Below are positions 43,213 through 51,748 of a DNA stretch of 64,000 bases, in pieces. Every line of letters begins with the position of its first letter. Position 1 is the stretch's first letter. Source of the DNA: Actinomycetota bacterium (GTDB lineage Bacteria > Actinomycetota > Acidimicrobiia > Acidimicrobiales > Ilumatobacteraceae); assembly GCA_037130535.1 (NCBI GenBank), contig JBAXSU010000001.1, positions 14,897 through 78,896 of the forward strand. Direction: 5' to 3'. Made by a program: the position numbers and the translations under genes. The notes below the pieces were generated by a model. The model did no database searches. It saw nothing but the letters and a program-made list of their open reading frames with translations, and was not told the origin of the DNA.

Positions 43213-44481
43213 TTGCTCGGGTACGTTGCCCGTATGACACTCCCCTCCTCCGGTGTTCCCGCCGATCAGGTGCTGGCCCAGCTCGACGCCCTGAAGGAGC
43301 ACGACGTCCGCTGGCGCAACGGGCGGGCGTTCACGCTGGCCTACTACGCCGGGCCCGAGGTATCGGCCATCGCCGACGAGGCCCACCGTCGGTTCAGTAC
43401 CGACAACGCCCTGAACACCGATGCCTTCCCGAGCCTGCGCACCATCCAGGCCGAGGTGGTGTCGATCGTCGGCGACTGGCTGCAGGCCGGGCCCGACGGC
43501 GCCGGGTTCATGACGAGCGGCGGTACCGAGAGCATCCTCATGGCGGTGAAGGCGGCTCGCGAGCGCGGCCGTGCCGAGCGGGGTATCACCCGGCCGAACG
43601 TCGTGCTGCCCACCAGTGCCCACGCCGCGTTCGAGAAAGGGTGCTACTACTTCGGGCTCGAGAGCCGCCGGGTGGCCGTGCGCGACGACTGGCGTGCCGA
43701 TGCAGATGCGATGGCCGACGCGATCGACGGCGACACCGTGCTGGTGGTGGGCTCGGCCCCGCAGTACCCGCAGGGTGTGGTCGACCCCATCGCCGACATC
43801 GCCGCCCTCGCGACCGAGCGCGACATCAACTGCCACGTCGATGCCTGCATGGGTGGTGTGACGCTGACGTACCTCGCCTGCCTCGGCTACGACATCACGC
43901 CGTGGAACTTCACCGTGCCGGGAGTGACCAGCATCTCGGTCGACCTGCACAAGTTCGGTTACACGGCCAAGGGCGCCTCGGTGATCATGCACCGCTCGAA
44001 GCGACTGCGTGCCTACCAGACGTTCGTCACCGACAACTGGCTCGGCGGCATGTACGGCTCGTCGGGTGTGCTGGGCACCAAGGGCGGTGGCCCGATGGCA
44101 GCGGCGTGGGCCGTGATGCACCACCTCGGCGACGAGGGGTACCTGCGCCTCACCGCCGACGCGCGCCGCGCCACCGAGGCGATCGTTGCAGCCGTACGGT
44201 CGATGCCCGAGCTGGTGCTGCGCGCCGAACCTGATGCGATGCTGCTGTCGTTCGGCGCCGCCGACCCGGCAGTGCTCGACGTGTACGCCGTCGCCGACGC
44301 GCTGTGGCGGCGCGGGTGGTACGTCGACCGGCAGGGCCCTCCCCCGTCGCTGCACCTCACCGTGAACGCTGTGCATGCCGACAAGGTGGAGGCGTTCCTG
44401 GCCGACCTCCGTGCATCGATCGACGAGGTGGCCGCGGCCTCGGCCTCAGGCGACCAGGGCGCCTACGGCACCATCGACTGA
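43213..44481 (+). CDS. Group II PLP-dependent decarboxylase / sphingosine-1-phosphate-lyase-like enzyme
   Basis: 422 aa. ...SGGTESILMAVKAAR...ISVDLHKFGYTAKG (PLP lysine). The true start may be the ATG at 43234. Confidence 0.75.
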   Translation: MLGYVARMTLPSSGVPADQVLAQLDALKEHDVRWRNGRAFTLAYYAGPEVSAIADEAHRRFSTDNALNTDAFPSLRTIQAEVVSIVGDWLQAGPDGAGFMTSGGTESILMAVKAARERGRAERGITRPNVVLPTSAHAAFEKGCYYFGLESRRVAVRDDWRADADAMADAIDGDTVLVVGSAPQYPQGVVDPIADIAALATERDINCHVDACMGGVTLTYLACLGYDITPWNFTVPGVTSISVDLHKFGYTAKGASVIMHRSKRLRAYQTFVTDNWLGGMYGSSGVLGTKGGGPMAAAWAVMHHLGDEGYLRLTADARRATEAIVAAVRSMPELVLRAEPDAMLLSFGAADPAVLDVYAVADALWRRGWYVDRQGPPPSLHLTVNAVHADKVEAFLADLRASIDEVAAASASGDQGAYGTID

Positions 44482-44523
44482 CGCGTGCGGTCCGACAGCC
44501 TCGTTGCCGTGTCGGCCGAAGGC

Positions 44524-45135
44524 TCACACCGAGGGTTTGGTCGACGCGTTCACTTCGTCGATCAGTGCCTCGAGGCGGCGCAGCGACACCTCGAGCGCAG
44601 CGCCGAGGCGCTTTCGGTCGCCCGATGCGACCAGATCGAGGATGAACCCGGTGAACATGGCCTTCTGGATCGTCGCCTCGCTCTGCGCGGTCGCTTCCGA
44701 CAGGCCCTCCTGGCGCAACTTGCCCTCCACGATGTGACGCCATACGGCCAACTGGTCGGCGCGCAGATCGCCGGGAAGACCGGTGACGGTGGTGTCGAGT
44801 GCTGCTGCCTCGTAGCCCAGGCGCACGAGGGCCAGGTTCTCGGGCTTGGCGTTCATCCACTTCCACCACTTGCGGTACAGGTCGGCCATCGAGATGGAGG
44901 GATCGCGCTGGATCCACCCACGTTCGACCGCTGTCTGGCGTTCGACAGCGCGGCGCAGCGCGGTGGCGATGAGTTCTTCTTTGGTGCCGAAGTGGTGCAC
45001 GAGACGGTTGATGCTGACGCCCAACGCCGCGGCAAGGGGGCGCAGTGTGGCCTGCGCCAGGCCGTGTTCGGCGAGATGATCGACGATGTGGTCGAGCAGT
45101 TCCTGCCGACGCTCGAGATCTGGTGTCCGCGCCAC
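44524..45135 (-). CDS. TetR-family transcriptional regulator
   Basis: 203 aa. N-terminal HTH ...HGLAQATLRPLAAALGVSINRLVHHFGTKEELI. Confidence 0.88.
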   Translation of the reverse strand: MARTPDLERRQELLDHIVDHLAEHGLAQATLRPLAAALGVSINRLVHHFGTKEELIATALRRAVERQTAVERGWIQRDPSISMADLYRKWWKWMNAKPENLALVRLGYEAAALDTTVTGLPGDLRADQLAVWRHIVEGKLRQEGLSEATAQSEATIQKAMFTGFILDLVASGDRKRLGAALEVSLRRLEALIDEVNASTKPSV

Positions 45136-45167
45136 GGGCGGAACACTACCGGTGGTGGAGAAGCCCG

Positions 45168-46334
45168 TTACTGCTGCCGGAACTGCTGGCGATAGCCGCT
45201 GTCGCCGTCGGCAGCGGCCATCGTGCCCTCGGCGCGGAACCGTTCATGGAGCCGAGCGAGCGCCGCGCGATCGATGCTCACCCCGAGGCCAGGGGCGTCG
45301 GGAACGGGCAGCACCCCGCCGCGCGGCGAGTAGTGGCCCTGTTCGATGACGACGTCGGCGGTGAAGCGGAACAGGCTCTGATGCGGGCGGATCATCGTCG
45401 GTTCGGCAGCCGTGAGGTGCAGATAGGCGGCGGTCATCACACCCGCATCGCCGCTGTAGCACCAGAAGTCGATGCCGAGCGCGGCGCACGCGCGGAGGAA
45501 GTCCTGGGTGCGACGCAGCCCGCCCATCTCGGTGGCATCGATGCAGAACGCATCGGGCACGCCCGCACGTGCCGCACGGGCGAGGTCGACCTGGTGGGTG
45601 CTGAACGACACCGGCACACCATCGGCGCGCAGACGGCCCGTCTCGTCGTGGGTGCGGCAGGGGTCTTCGAGCCAGCCGATGCCGAGGTCGGCCATGCGGT
45701 GCACAACTTGGCGCGCGGTGGGCACGGTGTAGACGCCGTTCGCGTCGAGGCGCTGTACACGACCTGGCCCCAGGGCCCGAACGAGGTCGGCCACCATGGC
45801 CATCTCGGCATCCACGTCGAGTACCCCGAGCTTTCCCTCGAACCATGGCGAGTCGAAGTCGGCGGCCATCTGTTCGCAGTACCGCACCACCGCTGCGGGT
45901 GTCTCGTCGCGGCCCACCCGGAGGGCGAAGTACTCGGTGAACGCAACGCTGTCGCGCACTCGTCCGCCCAGCAGGTCGACCAAAGGCACCCCGGCCCGTT
46001 TGGCGCGCAGGTCCCACAGCGCCATTTCGATGCCGCCGAAGGCTCGTCGCTCGTTGGCCGAGTCGTCCCACAGGCTGAAGCCGGTGCGGGCCACACACCG
46101 TGCCTCGCACCCGTTCAGGTCGTCGATCGAGCAACCGGCCAGTCGTGAGCCCATCTGGTTGATGAGCGCCGACAGGTCGCCGTGCGGGGTCTCGCCGATG
46201 CCCGTCACCCCATCGCTGTCGGTCACCTCGACGATGGTGGTGGTGAAGCTGGCGAGGGTGCCGAACGAGAACCGGTACGGCGCCACCATCGGCACGTTCA
46301 CCGGAGTCGCGACGATGCTGGCGATGGTGGACAC
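45168..46334 (-). CDS. Enolase-superfamily enzyme (mandelate racemase/muconate lactonizing family), paralogue 1
   Basis: 388 aa. The capping domain starts MSTIASIVATPVNVPM.... Barrel motifs FEGKLG, LDANG and WLEDP are visible. Confidence 0.8.
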   Translation of the reverse strand: MSTIASIVATPVNVPMVAPYRFSFGTLASFTTTIVEVTDSDGVTGIGETPHGDLSALINQMGSRLAGCSIDDLNGCEARCVARTGFSLWDDSANERRAFGGIEMALWDLRAKRAGVPLVDLLGGRVRDSVAFTEYFALRVGRDETPAAVVRYCEQMAADFDSPWFEGKLGVLDVDAEMAMVADLVRALGPGRVQRLDANGVYTVPTARQVVHRMADLGIGWLEDPCRTHDETGRLRADGVPVSFSTHQVDLARAARAGVPDAFCIDATEMGGLRRTQDFLRACAALGIDFWCYSGDAGVMTAAYLHLTAAEPTMIRPHQSLFRFTADVVIEQGHYSPRGGVLPVPDAPGLGVSIDRAALARLHERFRAEGTMAAADGDSGYRQQFRQQ

Positions 46335-46358
46335 GATGACGAGGCTAACCAGGGTGGA

Positions 46359-47528
46359 TCAGGAGAACGTCGCCGAGGCGCTGGCCGTTGCGACCAGGCG
46401 CTGCTCGTCGAGGTCGATGCCGAGGCCGGGGCGATCGCCGAGTTCCACCCACATGCCCTGCTCGCCCCGAACCGTGTCGATGGGTCGAGCGAGCGGGTAG
46501 TCGCGCCGCCAGACGGCCCACTCGGGTGGGTCGAGCGGGTACTCGACCCAGCGCGAACCCTGGTGGCCCACCGCACCGGCGGTGAGGTGGAGGTTGGCCA
46601 GTACCCCGATGCCGTTGCCCCAGGTGTGCGGCGTGAACACCTTGCCGTCGGCCACGACCCGGCGCCCCAGCGAGGCCAGCGCGGCGAACCCCTGGGTGCA
46701 CACCACGTCGGGCTGGAACACGTCGAGGCAGTCGCGTTCGAGCAACTGGTCGAACTCGTACGGCTCGCGTGTCATCTCGCCCCCAGCGATCAGCATCGGT
46801 GCCGCACCACTCGCTGCCTCGCGCACCCGCTGGCGCAACTCGCCCATCGCCGCGTAGTCGCCGCGGTGCAACGGCTCCTCCATCCAGTACACGCCCTCGT
46901 GCTGCAGGGCGAGGGCCACCTCGGTGGCGTGGTCGAGACGCCATGGAGCCTGCGTGTCCCACGGCATGCGCCAGCCCTGGTTGCAGTCGACCATCAGCGT
47001 CAGTGCCGGCCCGACCGCGTCGTGGATGGCCCGCACGACGGCCAGGTCGTCGGCCAGTGCCGGACGGCCGAAGCGCACCTTCATCGCATCGAAGCCCTCG
47101 TCGACGAGCCGCCGGGCGACCTCCACCATCGCCGCCAACGGCCTGTGCACTGCGGTGGAGGCGTACACCCGCAGGCGAGGCGACTCGCCGCCGAGCATCG
47201 ACCACACCGGTTGCTGACGGATCTGGCCCGCCAGGTCCCACAGGGCCACGTCGAGTGGCCACGGCCGCCCGGCGTGGAAGCCCACGTTGGCCAGGCGAGC
47301 CGCGTGCTGTTCGAGGTCGAGCGGGTCTTCGCCCAGGAACCACCGGGCGTAGTCGGCGAAGCCGTACATCGTGTCGCCCGAGCCCACGCCCACCCGACCG
47401 GCGCTGTCGCGCACCCGCACGATGGTGACGGGAAACCGCGTCCGGGGCTGCGGGTCCCACGACGCCGGGAAGGGCGGGTCGAGGACCAGTTGGTGATGGG
47501 TGATGTCGATGGCGGCGATCGTGCTCAC
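46359..47528 (-). CDS. Enolase-superfamily enzyme (mandelate racemase/muconate lactonizing family), paralogue 2
   Basis: 389 aa. Starts MSTIAAIDITHHQL.... Motifs AMKVRFG, VDCNQGW, WMEEP and PHTWGNG are visible. Confidence 0.8.
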   Translation of the reverse strand: MSTIAAIDITHHQLVLDPPFPASWDPQPRTRFPVTIVRVRDSAGRVGVGSGDTMYGFADYARWFLGEDPLDLEQHAARLANVGFHAGRPWPLDVALWDLAGQIRQQPVWSMLGGESPRLRVYASTAVHRPLAAMVEVARRLVDEGFDAMKVRFGRPALADDLAVVRAIHDAVGPALTLMVDCNQGWRMPWDTQAPWRLDHATEVALALQHEGVYWMEEPLHRGDYAAMGELRQRVREAASGAAPMLIAGGEMTREPYEFDQLLERDCLDVFQPDVVCTQGFAALASLGRRVVADGKVFTPHTWGNGIGVLANLHLTAGAVGHQGSRWVEYPLDPPEWAVWRRDYPLARPIDTVRGEQGMWVELGDRPGLGIDLDEQRLVATASASATFS

Positions 47529-47554
47529 GGGTCAACCCTCTCACTCCTCGACAC

Positions 47555-49210
47555 ATGGCCGCCGCGGTCATTCGCCAGACAACCGTACAAGGAATGCCCC
47601 CGGCCGGTGTAGTGTCGAATCTCGTGACCGACACCGCTCCCGACACCGGCCCCACCAGCGGACCAGACGGCGGAACCTCCACCCGTCGACGTGGCCGCGA
47701 CCGCGCCGAGGGCACCCGTTCTCGGCTGCCCGAGCAGTTGTCCTTCAAGCAGCCCCAGATGCGCCTCAATCACACCGAGGTGGTGTCGGCCGACGAACTC
47801 GAGTCGATCCACCTGGCGTCGCTGACGATTCTCGAGCGAATCGGCATGGAGTTCATGTGCCCCGAGTCGCGCAGCATCATGAAGGCTGCCGGCGCCGACG
47901 TCGACGAGAGCAACCACCGCGTCCGGTTCCCGCGCGAGCTGATCGAATCGAGCATCACGACGGCACCGAGCGAGTTCACGCTGCACAGTTGGAACCCCGA
48001 TCACAACGTGCGTATCGGCGGCCGCTGGCTCACGTTCGGCACCGTGGCCAGCACGCCCCACTACATCGACCGCAACGGTGTGCGCCGTACGGGCGACCGT
48101 GAGGGTTTCCGCGACCTGCTGAAGCTGGCGCAGATGCTGAACGTCATCCACTACGTGCCGGGGTATCCGGTCGAGCCGATCGACATCCACCACTCGGTGC
48201 GCCACCTCGAGGCCTCGCACGACATCCTCACGATGACCGACAAGGGCATGTACTGCTACAGCCTCGGTCGCCAGCGCAACATCGACTGCATCGAGATGAC
48301 TCGTATCGCCCGTGGCGTCGACCAGGCCACCATCGACCGCGAACCGTCGCTCATCACCGTGGTGAACACCAACTCGCCGCTGCGACTCGACATCCCGATG
48401 GCCCAAGGCATGATCGAGTTCGCCCTCCACAACCAGCCCGTCGTGGTCACCCCGTTCACGCTCGCCGGCGCCATGGCCCCCATCACGTTGGCCGGTGCCC
48501 TGGCCCAGCAGAACGCCGAAGCACTCGCCGGCATCGCGTTCCTGCAGATCGTCAATCCGGGTGCACCCGCGATGTACGGCGGGTTCACCTCGAACGTCGA
48601 CATGCAGAGCGGTGCTCCGGCGTTCGGCACCCCCGAGTACGTGCGCACCGCGATGATCGGTGGTCAACTGGCCCGCCGCTACGGCATCCCCTACCGCAGC
48701 TCGAACGTCTGCGCCGCCAATGCGCTCGATGCCCAAGCCGCGTACGAGAGCGTCTTCGCGTTGTGGGGCGCCGTCATGGGCGGCGTCAACTTCATGATGC
48801 ACGGTGCCGGCTGGATGGAAGGTGGCCTCCACTCGAGCCTCGAGAAGATGGTGCTCGACGCCGACCTGTTGCAGATGGTCACCAAGATGATGGAACCCGT
48901 CATCGTCGATGCCGACACGCTCGCCATCGACACGATCGAAGAGGTCGGCCCGGGCGGCCACTTCTTCGGTACGGCCCACACCCAGGCCCGGTTCCGCGAC
49001 GCCTTCTACCGACCCCTCCTCAGCGACTGGCGCAACTACGAGAGCTGGGAGGAAGCCGGTTCGCCCACCGCCGACGGCAAGGCCAAGCAACTCGCCACCA
49101 GGTTCCTCGACGCCTACGAACCACCGGTCATGCCCGCCCAGCAGCGTCAGGAACTCGACGAGTTCGTCGCCCGACGCGTGGCCGAGGGTGGCGTGGCCAC
49201 CGACTACTGA
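47555..49210 (+). CDS. MttB-superfamily protein, non-pyrrolysine type, paralogue 2
   Basis: Uninterrupted 551-aa frame, highly similar to paralogue 1 over the C-terminal two-thirds (VNTNSPLRLDIPMAQGMIE...VTPFTLAGAMAP...VGPGGHFF). The start is uncertain, because only 26 nt separate it from the divergent enolase gene. Confidence 0.85.
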   Translation: MAAAVIRQTTVQGMPPAGVVSNLVTDTAPDTGPTSGPDGGTSTRRRGRDRAEGTRSRLPEQLSFKQPQMRLNHTEVVSADELESIHLASLTILERIGMEFMCPESRSIMKAAGADVDESNHRVRFPRELIESSITTAPSEFTLHSWNPDHNVRIGGRWLTFGTVASTPHYIDRNGVRRTGDREGFRDLLKLAQMLNVIHYVPGYPVEPIDIHHSVRHLEASHDILTMTDKGMYCYSLGRQRNIDCIEMTRIARGVDQATIDREPSLITVVNTNSPLRLDIPMAQGMIEFALHNQPVVVTPFTLAGAMAPITLAGALAQQNAEALAGIAFLQIVNPGAPAMYGGFTSNVDMQSGAPAFGTPEYVRTAMIGGQLARRYGIPYRSSNVCAANALDAQAAYESVFALWGAVMGGVNFMMHGAGWMEGGLHSSLEKMVLDADLLQMVTKMMEPVIVDADTLAIDTIEEVGPGGHFFGTAHTQARFRDAFYRPLLSDWRNYESWEEAGSPTADGKAKQLATRFLDAYEPPVMPAQQRQELDEFVARRVAEGGVATDY

Positions 49211-49280
49211 CCGTTTCCCGATCACTCGTTCCCGTACCACTCAATCCGGCAACTCAGCCACGTCAGTCCAGGAGTACCGC

Positions 49281-51740
49281 ATGAAAACCTCAACCCAGGT
49301 CGTCGTCATCGGTGGAGGTGTGGTCGGCGCCAGTGTGCTGTACCACCTCACCAAGGCCGGTTGGTCCGACGTCGTCCTCGTCGAGAAGGCCACGTACACC
49401 TCGGGCAGCACCTGGCATGCGGCGGGCGGTATGCACACGCTGAACGGCGACCCCAACGTGGCCCGGCTGCAGCAGTACACGGTGAACCTGTACCGCGAGA
49501 TCGAGGCCGAGAGCGGCCAGAACTGCGGTATCCACCTGCCCGGCGGCCTGCAGTTGGCCGACACGCCCGAGCGCCTCGACTGGCTGCGCATGGCCCATGC
49601 ACGTGGCCGTTACCTCGGCATGAAGACCGAGATGATGTCGATGAAGGAAGCCAAGGAGCTGAACCCGCTGCTCGAGGAGCGGTTCTTCGTCGGTGCGATG
49701 TACGACGAGGACGAGGGCAGCGTCGACCCCACCGGCGTCACCAACGCGTACCTCATCTGCGCCCGCAACCGTGGCGCCGAGACCTACCAGCACACCTGGG
49801 TGAACAAGCTCAGCCAGCGTGCCGACGGCACCTGGGACGTGCACTGCTACGACCCCTCGAGCGGCGACGACAAAGGCGTCATCCATACCGAGCACGTCGT
49901 CAACGCGGGTGGCTTGTGGGCCCGTGAAGTGGGCCGGATGTGCGGCCTCGAGCTGCCGGTGCTGGCGATGGAGCACCACTACCTGATGACCGAGCCGATG
50001 CCCGAGGTGATCGAGTACAACCAGACGAACGGCCGCGAACTGCCCCACATGATCGACTTCGCCGGCGAGATCTACGCTCGCCAGGAGGGCCAGAGCATCC
50101 TGCTCGGCACCTACGAGCAGGAGAACCGGGTGTGGTCTGCCAAGCAGACCCCGTGGGACTTCGTCTCGCAGCTGCTGCCCCACGACCTCGACCGCATCTC
50201 GCCCGAACTCGAGCGGGCCTTCGAGCACTTCCCCGCTGTCGGCCGCGCCGGCATCCAGCGGTTCGTGAACGGTCCGTTCACGTTCAGTCCCGACGGCAAC
50301 CCGCTCGTCGGCCCCATCAAGGGTATGCGCGGCATGTGGTCGGCGTGCGCCGTGATGGCCGGTCTGTCGCAGGGCGGCGGCGTGGGCCTCAGCCTTGCCG
50401 AGTGGATGGTGAACGGCGACCCGGGTGCCGACATCTGGGGTATGGACGTGGCCCGCTACGGCGACTTCGCCACGCTCGCGTTCACCAACTCGAAGGTTCG
50501 CGAGAACTACTCGCGGCGCTTCCGCATCACGTTCCCGAACGAGGAACTGCCCGCGGCCCGCCCCCTGCTCACCACCCCCATCTACGACCGTCTCACCGAG
50601 CACAACGCGGTGTGGGGTGCAGCGATGGGTCTCGAGCACCCGCTGTGGTTCCAGAAGCCCGGCCTCGAGCCGCACGAGAACATCACCTTCCTCCGCTCGA
50701 ACGCGTTCGACGTGGTGGCCGAGGAGAGCCGCGCTGTGCGCGAGCGGGTGGGCTTCAGCGAGGCGTCGAACTTCGCCAAGTACCACGTCAGCGGCCCCGG
50801 CGCTGCCGAGTGGCTGCAGGGCCTGTTCACCAACAGCCTGCCGAAGATCGGCCGCACCAACCTCACTGCCATGCTGAACCCGCAGGGCCGCATCGAGGGC
50901 GAGTTCTCGGTCAGCCGCATCGGCGACGACGAGTTCTTCCTGTTCGGGTCGCAGGCCGCCGAGGTGCACCATCCGCGCTGGTTCCTCAGTCATCTGCCCG
51001 AGGGCAGCCCCATCCGCTTCGAGAACCTCCGTCTGTCGATGGTGGGCCTCACCGTGGCCGGTCCGCTGTCGCGCGACGTGCTGCAGAAGCTCACCGACAC
51101 CTCGCTCGCCACGAAGGACTTCCCGTTCATGGCGTTCCGCAAGGTGAACCTCGGCATGGCGCCGGTGTGGCTGAGCCGCATGACCTACTCGGGCGATCTC
51201 GGCTACGAGATCTGGATGGAGCCCGAGTACCAGCGCTACCTGTTCGACCTCATCTGGGAGGCCGGCCAAGAGTTCGACATGCGCCTGTTCGGCTTCCGTG
51301 CGCTCATCACGATGCGTCTCGAGAAGAACTTCGGCACCTGGTTCCGCGAGTACCGGCCCATCTACACGCCGCTCGAGGCGGGTATGGACCGTTCGCTGAA
51401 GTTCGACCACGACTTCATCGGGCGGGCAGCCGTCGAGGCCGAGATGGCGGCGGGCGGCCCGAAGCGCAAGCTGGTGATGTTCCGCGTCGACGTCGACCCC
51501 GACGCCCCCGCCGACGTCATCGGCGACGAGCCGGTGTGGCACAACGACGAGGTGGTCGGCTGGATCACCAGCGGTGGCTACGCCCACTACTCGGCGGTGT
51601 CGCTGGCGCTCGGCTACGTCCCCACCGAGATCGCCACGGCCGAGTCGGGTTTCGAGATCGAGATCATGGGCCGTCGCCGTCCGGCGACGCTGCAGCACGA
51701 TCCGGTGCTCGACCCCGAGGGTCTGCGGATGCGCGCCTGA
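49281..51740 (+). CDS. Dimethylglycine/sarcosine-dehydrogenase-like flavoenzyme (FAD oxidoreductase + GcvT folate-binding domain)
   Basis: ATG at 49281 after ggag. Contains VVVIGGGVVGAS, the covalent-FAD-type motif GSTWHAAGG, and a C-terminal aminomethyltransferase-like half. 819 aa. Confidence 0.85.
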   Translation: MKTSTQVVVIGGGVVGASVLYHLTKAGWSDVVLVEKATYTSGSTWHAAGGMHTLNGDPNVARLQQYTVNLYREIEAESGQNCGIHLPGGLQLADTPERLDWLRMAHARGRYLGMKTEMMSMKEAKELNPLLEERFFVGAMYDEDEGSVDPTGVTNAYLICARNRGAETYQHTWVNKLSQRADGTWDVHCYDPSSGDDKGVIHTEHVVNAGGLWAREVGRMCGLELPVLAMEHHYLMTEPMPEVIEYNQTNGRELPHMIDFAGEIYARQEGQSILLGTYEQENRVWSAKQTPWDFVSQLLPHDLDRISPELERAFEHFPAVGRAGIQRFVNGPFTFSPDGNPLVGPIKGMRGMWSACAVMAGLSQGGGVGLSLAEWMVNGDPGADIWGMDVARYGDFATLAFTNSKVRENYSRRFRITFPNEELPAARPLLTTPIYDRLTEHNAVWGAAMGLEHPLWFQKPGLEPHENITFLRSNAFDVVAEESRAVRERVGFSEASNFAKYHVSGPGAAEWLQGLFTNSLPKIGRTNLTAMLNPQGRIEGEFSVSRIGDDEFFLFGSQAAEVHHPRWFLSHLPEGSPIRFENLRLSMVGLTVAGPLSRDVLQKLTDTSLATKDFPFMAFRKVNLGMAPVWLSRMTYSGDLGYEIWMEPEYQRYLFDLIWEAGQEFDMRLFGFRALITMRLEKNFGTWFREYRPIYTPLEAGMDRSLKFDHDFIGRAAVEAEMAAGGPKRKLVMFRVDVDPDAPADVIGDEPVWHNDEVVGWITSGGYAHYSAVSLALGYVPTEIATAESGFEIEIMGRRRPATLQHDPVLDPEGLRMRA

Positions 51741-51748
51741 TCAGGCGC
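51733..51748. terminator. 16-bp perfect palindrome gcgcctga|tcaggcgc formed by two abutting convergent stop codons
   Basis: The plus-strand gene ends at 51740 and the minus-strand gene ends at 51741, so there is no intergenic base. The palindrome was read directly. Confidence 0.4.

Noticed and set aside
41953-44376. 807-aa minus-strand ORF and the 738-aa plus-strand ORF 42018..44234
   Set aside because: They overlap the class-V PLP enzyme and the decarboxylase genes, both of which show clear PLP-lysine motifs. These two ORFs are Arg/Pro/Gly-rich shadows.
47525-51698. Minus-strand ORFs 47525..49240 (571 aa) and 49290..51698 (802 aa)
   Set aside because: They run antisense to MttB2 and the DMGDH-like gene. 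No motifs are present, and the composition is typical of GC shadow frames.
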